This document shows positions 24,181 to 36,400 of a stretch of DNA of 64,000 bases, piece by piece (positions within the stretch are counted from its first letter, which is position 1; each line of letters opens with the position of its first letter). The notes beneath the pieces are model-generated. The model was given only the letters and a program-made list of their open reading frames with translations. It was not told the DNA's origin and made no database searches. The position numbers and the translations under genes are program-made. The DNA comes from Malacoraja senta (Eukaryota): contig CM075990.1 of the NCBI GenBank assembly GCA_038087875.1, positions 186,001 through 250,000 on the forward strand, in the 5' to 3' direction.

Positions 24181-25859
24181 TCCATCTACCTCTTGAGTCA
24201 TTTGAGTACCCTGAGATTCCTGGGTTCTCCCGGAAGCACGCCCACTGGTTCTTGCTCCCGCTGCTGGCTGCCAACTACGTCCCTGCGTTGATGAGCGACT
24301 TGGTCCAGGATCCGTATGACGTCTGAAAGGATACTTCCTCTTTACAGACTTCACAACCATTGATGTCTTCATCAATCCTGTTTTTGCTTCATCTTCCAAC
24401 TCTTTAATACGTCTCCCGAGATCCTCTCCAAAGAGTAAGTTGGGTAATTGTATAGTACTTGGTTTGCTGCGAATTTTGGATTCATAGTAGGCCGTATCAC
24501 ACTTTTCCTCAGACAATTGTCCCGAAGTGGGTGCTGCATGGCAACCCCGGTGTTTCCTGATGCAACTCCGTCATCTCTTGGCTTTTTTCTGCTATTCTGG
24601 CAAAAGCAGTTATTCCAGAACCCAGCAGCTTTAATATTCTCTGCAACTGATTCCACATAATTTGATTCACTGCTGCTGCTTTCAGCAACCCACAGTTACT
24701 TCTTGCAGTCTCATCCATTTCCTGCTGTTCCAGCTAATGGAAAACCAAGTAATTTATTAAGGAGGCCAGTTCTTCTCCTAATGGCTCTCCTGACCCTGAT
24801 GGGGCAGCGAATCCTACTGCCAGGAGTGGAACATCTGGCAGCTGCCATTCATCGCCTTGTACAGCCTCACCGTCAGAGTCGGGGTCTGAAATCTCATGAC
24901 CCGTAGCACGCTCCTCATTCCTGAGGGTGCATTCCATCAGCCCTGAGCCAGGTGCTGTTAAGCTGCTCCTGCAGCTTGGATTACAGTACACTCCTTCCTG
25001 AGTGAACTTTGCTCCAACAGCCTATGAAAAAGGCTTTCTATTTGGGCAACATGCTCGAAAGCAGTATCTAGCCCTGTACCAGGAGCTGTTTGAGCTGTTT
25101 CCAGCAGCTTGCTTTCAGTACACTCCTCCCTGAGTGAACTTTGCTCCAACAGCCTATGTAAAAGGCTTTCTATTTGGGCAATATGCTCGAAAGCAGTATC
25201 TAGCTCTGGAGCTACTTACATTGCCTGGGACTCCCTCCTGGGCCGTTGGGATTTAAACTTTGTCTTTTGCCCGACATGCGCTGACAGTGTTTTCACCAGC
25301 CCCAGGTCCACAGTCGCTATGCTCACCGCTGGCGACTGTACCGGGGTTTAGAGGCGGTTGGTCTCTAACCGCGGACTCCCGACTTTCCCGACTTCTGTCG
25401 GCTGTGTCGCTCGCCTCTTCCCCCTGTCCGTTTTTTCCATGGCGTCTGTGGAAAAAATCCCCATTGACCCACAGTAAACGGACCTGGAAAACCTGAAAAA
25501 AGTTTTTACTTACCTTGTAGTTGAAAAACTACAAATCCACTCGAGGAGCTCTGCTCCTCACGTCCGTTTGCGTCAAGGCGTCTGACATAATGACGTGCAG
25601 GCGCACTGGCGGGGTTCTTCACGTAGTCACTTACGTGACTCCGAAGTAAAATTACCCTGCTGCTGTGATAATCACCCTGCTGCTGAGAGTCACTCTTTCT
25701 ATCTGTGATAATTTTACATCTGTTGATAATTTTCCAACCTTTGGTATAATCTCCTTCTCTGTTATGATCACACTCACCCTGTGATAGTCCACACAACCCC
25801 CAGTATTAATCATCTTCACCATGAGATAATCACCTTACCCCATGATAAACATCATTATA

Positions 25860-26165
25860 GGGCAGCACTATGGCACAGCGGTAGAGTTGCTGCCTTAGAG
25901 CACTTACAGCGCCAGAGACCCGGGTTCGATCATGACTACTGATGCTGTCTGTACGGAGTTTGTACGTTCTCCCCGTGACCGCAAGAGTTTTCTCTGAGAT
26001 CTCCGATTTCCTCCCACAGTCCAAAGACGTACAGGTTTGCAAGAAAATTGGCTTGGTATGAATGTAAAATTGTCCCTAGTGTGTGTGGGATAGTGTTAAT
26101 GTGCGGGGATAACTGGTCGGTGCAGACTAGTTGGGCCGAAAGGCCTGTTTCCACACGACTATGCT
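25860..26165 (+). mobile_element. HE1-type V-SINE, near full length
   Basis: GGGCAGCAC..GGCACAGCGGTAGAG (A-box-like), GGTTCGATC (B-box) and the SINE core. Confidence 0.9.
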
Positions 26166-26923
26166 GCCCATTCACTGGCACATGGGTTCTGGAAATTCTT
26201 GTTTCTCAATGAAATGGAACTGAACCTTCTCAGACTTTTCTGAAACATTATGCACCTGATGCACAAAACTATGAATGATTGTGTGAAAGATAACTATAAA
26301 CTAATATTGTAAACTAGATCCTTTAGAGTTCATGTGTCATTTTACATCAGTTCCTCACTATGGGACGGTGGCACAATTGTAGAGTTGCTGCCCTACAGCG
26401 CCTGGGTTCGATCCTGACTACAGATGGTGTCTGTACGGAGTTTCTACATTCTCCCCGTGACCCGAGTGGGGTTTCTCCAGGAGCTTTGATTTCCTACCAC
26501 ACTCGAAAACCATACAGACTTGTACGTTAATTGGCCTGTCCTGGTAAATTGTCCCTAGTGTGCGTAGGATAGAGTTAGTGTGCGAGGATTGCCGGTTAGG
26601 CCCGGGAGCCGTTGGAGCTGTTGCAGTGGGAGGAGTAAAGTCCGGGCGGTGAGTACAAAACCCCATCGTGGGCCTTCGTTCCACAGAGGCCCGGGAGCCG
26701 TTGGAGCTGTTGGTGTGGGAGGAGGAACCCAAATCGGTAACGTTCCATTCGCAGTTTACAGTCCAAAACAAGTGGGCTTGAGGAAGCCGCTGATTGGTGC
26801 AAGCGGACTAGAGGAAGCAGCTGATTGGGAGTCAGATCCCTGCTGATTTCTTCCAGCAGATTGTATTGTATTTGTATTGTATTGTACTTGTATTGTATTG
26901 TATTGTATCCAGGGTACAGGAGT

Positions 26924-27859
26924 ATGAGGGCCAGGGCAGTTTACTGTTCTGGATGTCAGATGTGGGAGGTCAAGGAATCTGATAGCCTTCCAGACGTCCA
27001 CATCTGCGCCAGGTGTATCGAGATGGGGCTCCTAAGGGACCGTATTAGGAACCTGGAGCAGCAGCTCGATGACCTCCATCTGGTCAGGGAGAGCGAGGAA
27101 GTCATAGAGAGGAGTTATAGAGAGGTGGTCACTCCAAGACCACAGGAGGCAGGCAAGTGGGTCACGGTTAGGAGGGGCAAGGGGCAGAGGCAGGGACTAG
27201 AGAGTACCCCAGTGGCTGTACACCTTGACAATAAGTACTCCTGTTTGAGTACTGTTGGGGGGGACAGCCTATCTGGGGCTAGCGACAGCGGCCAGGCCTC
27301 TGGTACAGAGACCGGCCCTGTTGTTCAGAAGGGTAAGGAAAATAAGAGGAGGGCAGTAGTAATAGGGGACTCTATAGTTAGGGGGTCAGATAGGCGATTC
27401 TGTGGACGCAGTCAGGAGACCCGGATGGTAGTTTGCCTCCCTGGTGCCAGGGTCCGGGATGTGTCTGAACGTGTCCAGGATATCCTGAAATGGGAGGGAG
27501 AGGAGCCTGAGGTCATGGTACATATAGGTACCAATGACATAGGTGGAAAAAGGGAAGAGGTCCTGAAAGGAGAATTTAGGGAGTTAGGAGGAGAGTTAAG
27601 GAGAAGGACCACAAAGGTAACAATCTCGGGATTACTGCCTGTGCCACGCGACAGTGAGAGTAGGAATGGAGCGAGGTGGAGGATAAATGCGTGGCTGAAG
27701 GACTGGTGCAGAGGGCAGGGAGTCAAGTTTTTGGATCATTGGGACCTCTTTTGGGGAAGGTGTGACCTGTACAAAAAGGACGGGTTGCACTTGAACCCGA
27801 GGGGGACCAATATCCTGGAGGGGAGATTTGCAAAGGCTACTGCGGAGACTTTAAACTAG
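26924..27859 (+). CDS. CR1 ORF1p: zinc finger, coiled coil and SGNH/GDSL esterase; reading frame intact
   Basis: CSGC..CARC, followed by heptads, then VIGDSIVRG, PGA, HIGTND and DGLHL esterase blocks. The likely start is ATG 26924, after the (TTGTA)n microsatellite. Confidence 0.88.
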   Translation: MRARAVYCSGCQMWEVKESDSLPDVHICARCIEMGLLRDRIRNLEQQLDDLHLVRESEEVIERSYREVVTPRPQEAGKWVTVRRGKGQRQGLESTPVAVHLDNKYSCLSTVGGDSLSGASDSGQASGTETGPVVQKGKENKRRAVVIGDSIVRGSDRRFCGRSQETRMVVCLPGARVRDVSERVQDILKWEGEEPEVMVHIGTNDIGGKREEVLKGEFRELGGELRRRTTKVTISGLLPVPRDSESRNGARWRINAWLKDWCRGQGVKFLDHWDLFWGRCDLYKKDGLHLNPRGTNILEGRFAKATAETLN

Positions 27860-28185
27860 AACAGATGGGGGGAGGGACTCAAATAGAGAAAGCTGGTATA
27901 CAGTGTGTGAGGCAGGAGGCAGAGAAGGGAAGCACTCAGACCCAACAGGTAGGGGGGAAAGAAGAAAAAATAATAAACAGAGAATAAGAGGTGGTGGGTT
28001 TCTTAAATGTATGAGCAGAGAGACAGAGGGGCGTAAAATGAGGGTAGAAGCAATAGGTAACAAGGTGAAAAGTAAACGTGGCAGGCAGACAAATCCAGGG
28101 CAAAAATCAAAAGGGGCCACTTTTCAACATAATTGTATAAGGGGTAAGAGCATTGTAAAAACAAGCCTGAAAGCTTTGTGTCTCA

Positions 28186-30509
28186 GATTCAGATTCAGAT
28201 TCAGATTCAACTTTATTGTCATTGTGCAGTGTACAGTACAGAGACAACGAAATGCAGTTAGCATCTCCCGAGAAGAGCGACATAAATATGAGCAGTAAAT
28301 AAATAAATCTAATAAATCCTGGTGGGAGGAGTGTCCGGGGGGGGGGGGGGGGTGTGATTGGCAGTCACCGAGGTACAGTGTTGAGTAGTGTAACCGCCGT
28401 AGGGAAGAAGCTGTTCCTGGACCTGCTGGTCCGGCAACGGAGAGACCTGTAGCGTCTCCCGGATGGTAGGAGGGTAAACAGTCTGTGGTTGGGGTGAGAG
28501 CAGTCCTTGGCGATGCTGAGAGCCCTTCGCAGACAACGCTTGCTTTGGACAGACTCAATGGTGGGGAGTGAGGAACCGGTGATGCGTTGGGCAATTTTCA
28601 CCACCCTCTGCAGTGCTTTCCAGTCGGAGACAGAGCAGTTGCCATACCATACTGTGATGCAGTTGGTAAGGATGCTCTCGATGGTGCAGCGGTAGAAGTT
28701 CACCAGAATCCGAGGAGACAGATGGACCTTCTTTAGTCTCCTCAGGAAGAAGAGACGCTGGTGAGCCTTCTTGACCAGAGTTGAGGTATTGTTGGTCCAA
28801 GAGAGGTCATCGGAGATGTTGACCCCCAGGAACCTGAAGCTGGAAACACGTTCCACCTCCCTCCCGTTAATGTGGATGGGGGTGTGCATGCCGCCCCTAG
28901 ACTTCCTGAAGTCTACAATGAGCTCCTTGGTCTTCTTGGAGTTAAGGGCCAGGTTGTTGTCAGCGCACCATGCTGCTAGGAGCTGGACCTCCTCCCTATA
29001 GGCCGACTCATCGTTGTTGCTGATGAGGCCAATCACCGTTGTATCATCTGCATACTTGATGATGGTGTTAGTACCATGTACAGGTGTGCAGTCGTAGGTG
29101 AAGAGGGAGTAGAGGAGGGGGCTCAGCACACAGCCCTGTGGAACGCCGGTGTTCAGGGTGAGGGTTGAAGAGGTGTGCTTGTCTAACCTAACAGACTGGG
29201 GTCTGTTGGTTAGAAAGTCCAGTATCCAGTTGCAGAGGGAGGGGTCGATGCCCAGGTCACCGAGTTTGGTGATCAGTTTAGAGGGTATGATGGTGTTGAA
29301 TGCTGAGCTGTAATCGATGAACAGCATTCTTACGTAAGTGTCTCTGTTGTCGAGGTGGGAGAGGGCGGAGTGAAGTGCCGTTGAGATGGCATCCTCCGTA
29401 CTCCTGTTCTTGCGGTAGGCAAACTGATAGGGATCCAACGTGGGGGGTAGGCAGCCTTTGAGGTGTGCCAGGACCAGCCTCTCGAAGCACTTGGCGATGA
29501 TGGGAGTAAGTGCAACTGGGCGGAAGTCGTTGAGGCTTGCCGCAGTGGAGTGTTTTGGCACCGGCACGATGGAGGTGGATTTAAGGCACGTGGGCACAAC
29601 TGCTTGGGCAAGTGACAGGTTGAAGATGTCAGTCCAGACGTCTGTCAGCTGCGCAGCACAGGCCCTGAGGACGCGCCCGGGGATGCCGTCGGGGCCAGCA
29701 GCCTTACGTGCATTAGTCCTACTCAGTGCCACGTACACGTCGAAGGGGGTGAGTGAGAGGGGCTGGTGATCGGCAGGGAGCACCGCCTTGATGGCCAACT
29801 GCCGATTGTCCCTATCGAAACGGCCATAGAAGTGGTTGAGCTCCTCAAGGAAGGAGGCGTTACTGGATGTGGGGGTGGTGTTGGTGGGTCTAAAGTCCGT
29901 GATGGCCTGGATGCCTTGCCACATGCGTCGGGGGTCGGAGTTGTTGTTGAAGTGCTCCTCAATCCTGAGTTTATGGCAGTGCTTGGCCTTCTTTATGCCC
30001 TTCTTCAGGTTAGCCCTGGATGAACTATAGGCTCGGGCATCGCCTGACCTGAAAGCGGTGTCCCGTGCTTTCAGCAGTAGCCTGACCTCGCTGTTCATCC
30101 ATGGCTTCTGATTCGGGAATATGGTCACCTGTTTGAGGGAGGTGACACAGTTGATGGTGGAGTTTATAAAGTCCAGAACAGATGATGTATAGGAGTCAAT
30201 GTCCGTGTGGGAGTCAAGGGTGGCCTGGGCTGCAAACGCCTTCCAGTCAGTGTTTCCAAAACACTGCTGAAGTGTGGAGTCCGCATCCTCTGACCAGACT
30301 TTAACTGTCCTCACAGTGGGTTTAACCCGTCTGATGAGTGGGGAGTACTTTGGGAGCAGGAACAATGAGAGGTGATCAGACTGTCCAAGGTGGGGGAGGG
30401 GGACGGCTTTGTAAGCTTCAGCCATGTTGGTGTAGACTTTGTCCAGTGTCTTGCCTTCTCTAGTGGCGAAGGAGACATGTTGGTGGAATTTGGGGAGTAC
30501 AGTCTTCAG
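28186..30509 (-). mobile_element. Rex1/Babar-clade LINE, 5'-truncated, young
   Basis: 6-bp TSD GTCTCA (28180-28185 / 30510-30515) and a (TGAATC)n tail. It splits the CR1 ORF2 motif LKALCL|NARSIRNK. Confidence 0.9.
28365..30509 (-). CDS. Rex1/Babar endonuclease C-terminus and RT; uninterrupted but lacking the N-terminus
   Basis: The 686-aa ORF stays open up to the truncation point. Motifs: [52 protein letters not shown]. Confidence 0.88.
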   Translation of the reverse strand: MKTVLPKFHQHVSFATREGKTLDKVYTNMAEAYKAVPLPHLGQSDHLSLFLLPKYSPLIRRVKPTVRTVKVWSEDADSTLQQCFGNTDWKAFAAQATLDSHTDIDSYTSSVLDFINSTINCVTSLKQVTIFPNQKPWMNSEVRLLLKARDTAFRSGDARAYSSSRANLKKGIKKAKHCHKLRIEEHFNNNSDPRRMWQGIQAITDFRPTNTTPTSSNASFLEELNHFYGRFDRDNRQLAIKAVLPADHQPLSLTPFDVYVALSRTNARKAAGPDGIPGRVLRACAAQLTDVWTDIFNLSLAQAVVPTCLKSTSIVPVPKHSTAASLNDFRPVALTPIIAKCFERLVLAHLKGCLPPTLDPYQFAYRKNRSTEDAISTALHSALSHLDNRDTYVRMLFIDYSSAFNTIIPSKLITKLGDLGIDPSLCNWILDFLTNRPQSVRLDKHTSSTLTLNTGVPQGCVLSPLLYSLFTYDCTPVHGTNTIIKYADDTTVIGLISNNDESAYREEVQLLAAWCADNNLALNSKKTKELIVDFRKSRGGMHTPIHINGREVERVSSFRFLGVNISDDLSWTNNTSTLVKKAHQRLFFLRRLKKVHLSPRILVNFYRCTIESILTNCITVWYGNCSVSDWKALQRVVKIAQRITGSSLPTIESVQSKRCLRRALSIAKDCSHPNHRLFTLLPSGRRYRSLRCRTSRSRNSFFPTAVTLLNTVPR

Positions 30510-30515
30510 GTCTCA

Positions 30516-33280
30516 ATGCAAGGAGCATTCGTAATAAGGTGGATGAGTTGAATGTGCAGATAGCTATTAATGATTATGATATAGTTGGGATCACGGAGAC
30601 ATGGCTCCACGGTGACCAAGGCTGGGAGCTAAACATCCAGGGATATTCAATATTCAGGAGGGATAGACAGAAAGGTAAAGGAGGTGGGGTAGCGTTGCTG
30701 GTTAGAGAGGAGATTAACACAATGGAAAGGAAGGATATTAGCTTGGAGGATGTGGAATCGATATGGGTAGAGCTACGAAATACTAAGGGGCAGAAAACGC
30801 TAGTGGGTGTTGTGTACAGGCCACCTAACAGTAGCAGTGGAGTTGGGGATGGCATCAAACAGGAAATTAGAAATGCGTGCAACAAAGGTAAAACAGTTAT
30901 AATGGGTGACTTCAATCTACATATAGATTGGGTGAATCAAATTGGCAGGGGTGCTGAGGAAGAGGATTTCTTGGAATGTATGCGGGATAGTTTTCTAAAC
31001 CAACATGTAGAGGAACTAACGAGAGAGCAGGCTATTCTAGACTGGGTATTGAGTAATGAGGAAGGGTTAGTTAGCAGTCTTGTTGTGCGTGGCCCCTTGG
31101 GCAAGAGTGACCATAATATGGTTGAGTTCTTCATTAGGATGGAGAGTGACATTGTTAATTCAGAAACAAGGGTTCTGAACTTAAAGAAAGGTAACTTTGA
31201 GGGTATGAAACGTGAATTGGCCAAGATTGACCGGCAATTCATTCTTAAAGGGTTGACAGTGGATATGCAATGGAAGGCATTTAAAGACTGCATGGATGAA
31301 CTACAAAAATTGTTCATCCCAGTTTGGCAAATGAATCAATCAGGGAAGGTAGTGCATCCGTGGATAACAAGGGAAATCAGGGATAGTATCAAAACAAAAG
31401 ATGAAGCATACAAATTAGCCAGAAAAAGCAGCCTACCAGAGGACTGGGAGAAATTCAGAGTCCAGCAGAAGAGGACAAAGGGCTTAATTAGGAAAAGGAA
31501 AATAGATTATGAAAGAAAACTGACTGCAAAAGTTTTTATAGATATGTGAAGAGAAAGAGATTAGTTAAAACAAATGTAGGTCCCTTGCAGTCAGAAACAG
31601 GTGAATTGATCATGGGGAACAAGGACATAGCAGACCAATTGAATAACTACTTTGGTTCTGTCTTCACTGAGGAAGACATCAATAATCTGCCGGAAATAGC
31701 AGGGGACCGCGGGTCAAATGAGATCGAGGAACTGAGTGAAATCCAGGTTAGCCGGGAAGTGATGTTAGGTAAATTGAATGGATTAAAGGCCAATAAACCC
31801 CCAGGGCCAGATAGGCTGCATCCCAGAGTACTTAAGGAAGTAGCCCCAGAAATAGTGGATGCATTAGTGATAATTTTTCAAAACTCCTTAGATTCTGGAG
31901 TAGTTCCTGAGGATTGGAGGGTAGCTAATGTAACCCCCCTTTTTAAAAAGGGAGGGAGAGAGAAAACGGGGAATTACCAACCAGTTAGTCTAACATCAGT
32001 AGTGGGGAAACTGCTAGAGTCAATTATTAAAGATGGGATAGCAGCACATTTGGAAAGTGGTGAAATCATTGGACAAAGTCAGCATGGATTTACGAAAGGT
32101 AAATCATGTCTGACGAATCTTATAGAATTTTTCGAGGATGTAACTAGTAGAGTGGATAAGGGAGAACCAGTGGATGTGTTACATCTGGACTTTCAGAAGG
32201 CTTTCGACAAGGTCCCACATAAGAGATTAGTATACAAACTTAAAGCACCCTGTATTGGGGGTTCAGTATTGATGTGGATAGAGAACTGGCTGGCAAACAG
32301 GAAGCAAAGAGTAGGAGTAAACGGGTCCTTTTCAGAATGGCAGGCAGTGACTAGTGGGGTAACGCAAGGCTCAGTGCTGGGACCCCAGCTATTTACAATA
32401 TATATTAATGATTTGGACGAGGGAATTGAATGCAACATCTCCAAGTTTGCGGATGACACGAAGCTGGGGGGCAGTGTTAGCTGTGAGGAGGATGCTAGGA
32501 GGCTGCAAGGTGACTTGGATAGGCTGGGTGAGTGGGCAAATGCATGGCAGATGCAGTATAATGTGGATAAATGTGAGGTTATCCACTTTGGTGGCAAAAA
32601 CAGGAAAGTAGACTATTATCTAAATGGTGGCCGATTAGGAAAAGGGGAGATGCAACGAGACCTGGGTGTCATGGTACACCAGTCATTGAAAGTAGGCATG
32701 CAGGTGCAGCAGGCAGTGAAGAAAGCGAATGGTATGTTAGCATTCATAGCAAAAGGATTTGAGTATACGAGCAGGAAGGTTCTACTGCAGTTGTACAGGG
32801 TCTTGGTGAGACCACACCTGGAGTATTGCGTACAGTTTTGGTCTCCAAATCTGAGGAAAGACATTCTTGCCATAGAGGGAGTACAGAGAAGGTTCACCAG
32901 ATTGATTCCTGGGATGTCAGGACTTTCATATGAAGAAAGATTGGATAGACTCGGCTTGTACTCGCTAGAATTTAGAAGATTGAGGGGGGATCTTATAGAA
33001 ACTTACAAAATTCTTAAGGGGTTGGACATGCTAGATGCAGAAAGATTGTTCCTGATGTTGGGGAAGTCCAGGACAAGGGGTCACAGTTTAAGGATAAGGG
33101 GAAATCCTTTAGGACCGAGATGAGAAAAAACGTTTTCACACAGAGAGTGGTGAATCTCTGGAACTCTCTGCCACAGAAGGTAGTTGAGGCCAGTTCATTG
33201 GCTATATTTAAGAGGGAGTTAGATGTGGCCCTTGTGGCTAAATGGATCAGGAGGTATGGAGAGAAGGCAGGTACAGGATA
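30516..33280 (+). pseudogene. CR1 ORF2 (APE endonuclease and RT); its first codons lie at ~28125-28185
   Basis: ITETW, VYRPP, MGDFN, SDH, LDFQKAFD, QGSVLGP, FADD and RPHLEYC motifs. Frameshifts at ~31530 and ~33100. Confidence 0.93.
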
Positions 33281-33490
33281 CTGAGTTGGATGATCAGCCA
33301 TGATCATATTGATTGGCGGTGCAGGCTCGAAGGGCCGAATGGCCTACTCCTGCACCTATTTTCTATGTTTCTATGTTTCTATGTTAGCGCGGACTCGGTG
33401 GAACAAAGGGCCTGTTTCTGCACTGTATCTCTAAACTAAACTAAACAAACATATTCCTAAAATTATTGTACTACATGAAAGATATCACAG

Positions 33491-36400
33491 AATAGTAAGA
33501 TTAAATGAGAACTTACCAGTTTGAAGTTTGATCTTTATTTTATGAGGAGTTACGTTGGTGATTACGTGAAGAACCCCGTCAGGGCGCATGCGCGTCAATC
33601 TTCAAAGCAGCGGTATGAAATCACAGACAAAACCATAATTGAAGTAACATATTAAGATGATCAACATGAGAACTACCATTATGACCTTTTTTCTATGAGA
33701 GAGGGTTGGGCGTGGCGGGCACGTAATCACCAACGTAACTCCTCATAAAATAAAGATCAAACTTCAAACTGGTAAGTTCTCGTTTAATCTTACTATTTTT
33801 CTTCGGAGTCACGTGAGTGACTACGTGAAGATTTTAAAGCTCTGTGATTTTTATGCCGCAGATCAAAATCCCGGCTTCTCACTGCATCGATTGACTGAGT
33901 ATCATCAATAATGCTGTAAACATGACATTGCATATCATGCAAAAACAAAACAGTTTTATTTTTGGTCATAAAACAACCAATAAACCCTCTTAATGTAGGG
34001 CAACAAACGAAACAGAATGAAACAGTATTGAAAACAGACGTTAAACAATAGCAACAGCACTCAATATTGAGTTAGCAAACAGCCCTCCATCGGCAATCGG
34101 CCGATGGTAGTATTGCTGAAACACAAGTTCATTTTTCCAACCTGCGGCTTTTAATATATGGTCGATGGGAACGTCCATCGCCCTGGCTGCGGATGTTGCT
34201 ACTGCGCTAGTGGAATGAGATGTAAACACATAAATGTTAATTCCTGCCTGAACCAACTCTTGCTTTAACCACCTTGAGATAGTCTGAACTGCCACTCTTT
34301 TATGTTGGCTTTTTGTAACTGACAAATAATCCTGTTTCTTCTTGTCTTAAAGCCCTTGTGGCTTCAATGTAATGTAACAAATGTGTCCTTACACATAAAC
34401 ATGGAGCTGTAGGATATGCTGAGAACACAATCTTAAAACCTGTCACACCTGGCCTGCTTTGTTTGAGCAGGTCAGAAATATAAAACAGAACATTCTCTGT
34501 ATTCACTTCCATTCTCTCGAACTGAAGTTTTTTGGAAAGTCTGCACTCTCTGTACTGACACCAATGCCATTAGCATAGCCAATTTCATGGTTAATTTTAA
34601 CAAAGTTATAGCCGTGACAGGGACCCAATGACAAAGTATGTTACGAACAACGCTTACCTCGCAGATTACCATATACCTAGGCTTAGGCGGTTTGGAATTA
34701 GATTCCTTTCATCAACCTAGATATGAGAGGGTGCGAAACAATACTTTGTGTCCGTGTACCTATTACAAGATATGCGGACAAAGCACTTCTAGCTGTATTG
34801 ATAGCAGTATAGCTAAGACCTTCATCATAATAAAGTGTAGATAAATTCTAACACATTTTCAATAACTACAGTATCATATTGAATATTCTTTTGAACACAA
34901 TATTGTTCCTTTTTTTTTTTTTCATAAGTCATATACTGTTTTTGAGTACTCTTACTCCAGACTGCAGCGAGTATATACACCGTTGGCCTAGAAAGTCCTC
35001 GACCAATGTAAGGCATTCTTGAAACCTGCAAACTAACAGATCCATACCGTCACATAACGGATGAACTTAATGCGTTACTGGATGCTCCAGCAAATTCCTA
35101 CTGTTTGGAATCAGCAAAAAGAGGTTGGATCGCTATCTGTAACATCAAAGGGAACCATGGTTGAATCAGGCAATTTGGTATCACCAAAACCCCTGAAGCG
35201 GCATCCTGCTTGATTTTCTCAAACACCGACCTATGAGGCAGAATGGTGGGAAAATGTACACAAACATATCATCCCAATTTAGTGAAAAAGCATCAATTGC
35301 CACTGCCCCTGGATCTGGTGCCTATGAAACATATTTTGGCCTTCCATATAGAAGTACTATGTTCTTGAACACATCCTGGTTCCACATCCACTCTGTGTTA
35401 TGATGGAATTTTCGTGAGCTGCCATCTGGTACTACATTAAGTTTCCCTGGCAGATAGATAGCTCCAATCCAAATCTCTCTATCCCTACTCCAGGTCCAAT
35501 TGTATTTGCCAACCTGTCACATGATAACGATTTGATTCCACCCATGTGATTCATATCAGCAACTGCTGCAGTGTTGTCTATTTTGCACTGCACATGCAAA
35601 CTAGTTTAGTTAGTGCCATAAGCCTTGAGTCCATAAAATACTCTTGGTTAATTCCCCATGTATGCAGAAGCAATGTTCATCTGTCTCCACCGCTGGATCT
35701 TGTATCAGTAGCACCCTACCCAAGTGCTCTGACATCAGTCTGCAAATCATGGAAGCTTGGTCCAATAACACTTTGGAACTACTAGTGGACACATGCTGAA
35801 TCCACCATTGTACATCAGCAACAGCCTCTATTGATAGAAGCATAGGTCTATTATAATGACCCCAATGTATCCTCAATGCTTGTTCCTTTGACCTTTGTAA
35901 TTGTAGATAATAAAGTGGCCATATTGAACTGCTGGAAATGCTGCCAGCCATTACCACAGCAGTCTTGTCACCTGGCTAATTGAAGGCTGTGTGTTAGCAA
36001 TTAACTTGATATAGCTCTTAATTAGCTCTACCCTTTTTTGCCTGGGCAAGGTCACAATGTTGTTGATTAAGTCCATTGTGAACCCAACTAGTCAATTTGT
36101 GTCACAGGTATAAATTTAGATTCCTCAGAATAGCTTATAAAGCCCAATTAAAAATTGGTTTTTACCAACTGCCACTGATGCTTCAGCTGTTTCCTTTGAT
36201 TGTCCTACAATCAAGATATTATCTAGCTAAGCCATGAGCACATGACCTTGACTTCTCATCATGCCTAGAATAGGTTTTAACAACTTTGTAATCCCTCTAG
36301 GAGCTGAAGACAAACCATTAGGCAGTGGATTGTATTGGCATAATTCCCCATCCAGCTGAATTTTAAATCTTCTATCCTGCAAATGAACAGACACTGAATC

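Larger units (their letters stand above)
20796..25652 (-). mobile_element. DIRS1-group tyrosine-recombinase retrotransposon, copy 1 (full length, decayed)
   Basis: Inverted termini plus an internal complementary region (ICR, ~21028-21141) containing the end-to-end junction CTTACT-ATT-TTACTTCGG. It has gag, RT, RNase H, methyltransferase-like and tyrosine recombinase (YR) remnants, with AAT at both flanks. Confidence 0.95.
26600..33382 (+). mobile_element. Full-length CR1 LINE, interrupted by Rex1
   Basis: 5-bp duplication GTTAG (26595-26599 / 33383-33387), ORF1 plus ORF2, and a (TTCTATGT)n tail. Confidence 0.93.
26362..33446 (+). mobile_element. HE1-type SINE split into 26362-26599 and 33383-33446 by a full-length CR1
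   Basis: The left part ends GGATTGCCG-GTTAG. The right part resumes GTTAG-CGCGGACTCGGTGG..CTAAACTAAAC. Confidence 0.85.

Noticed and set aside
25860..25935. tRNA gene
   Set aside because: It is the tRNA-derived head of a SINE and runs directly into the SINE core.
26825..26923. N-terminal extension of CR1 ORF1 in the ORF track
   Set aside because: It starts at a non-ATG codon and reads through a (TTGTA)n microsatellite.
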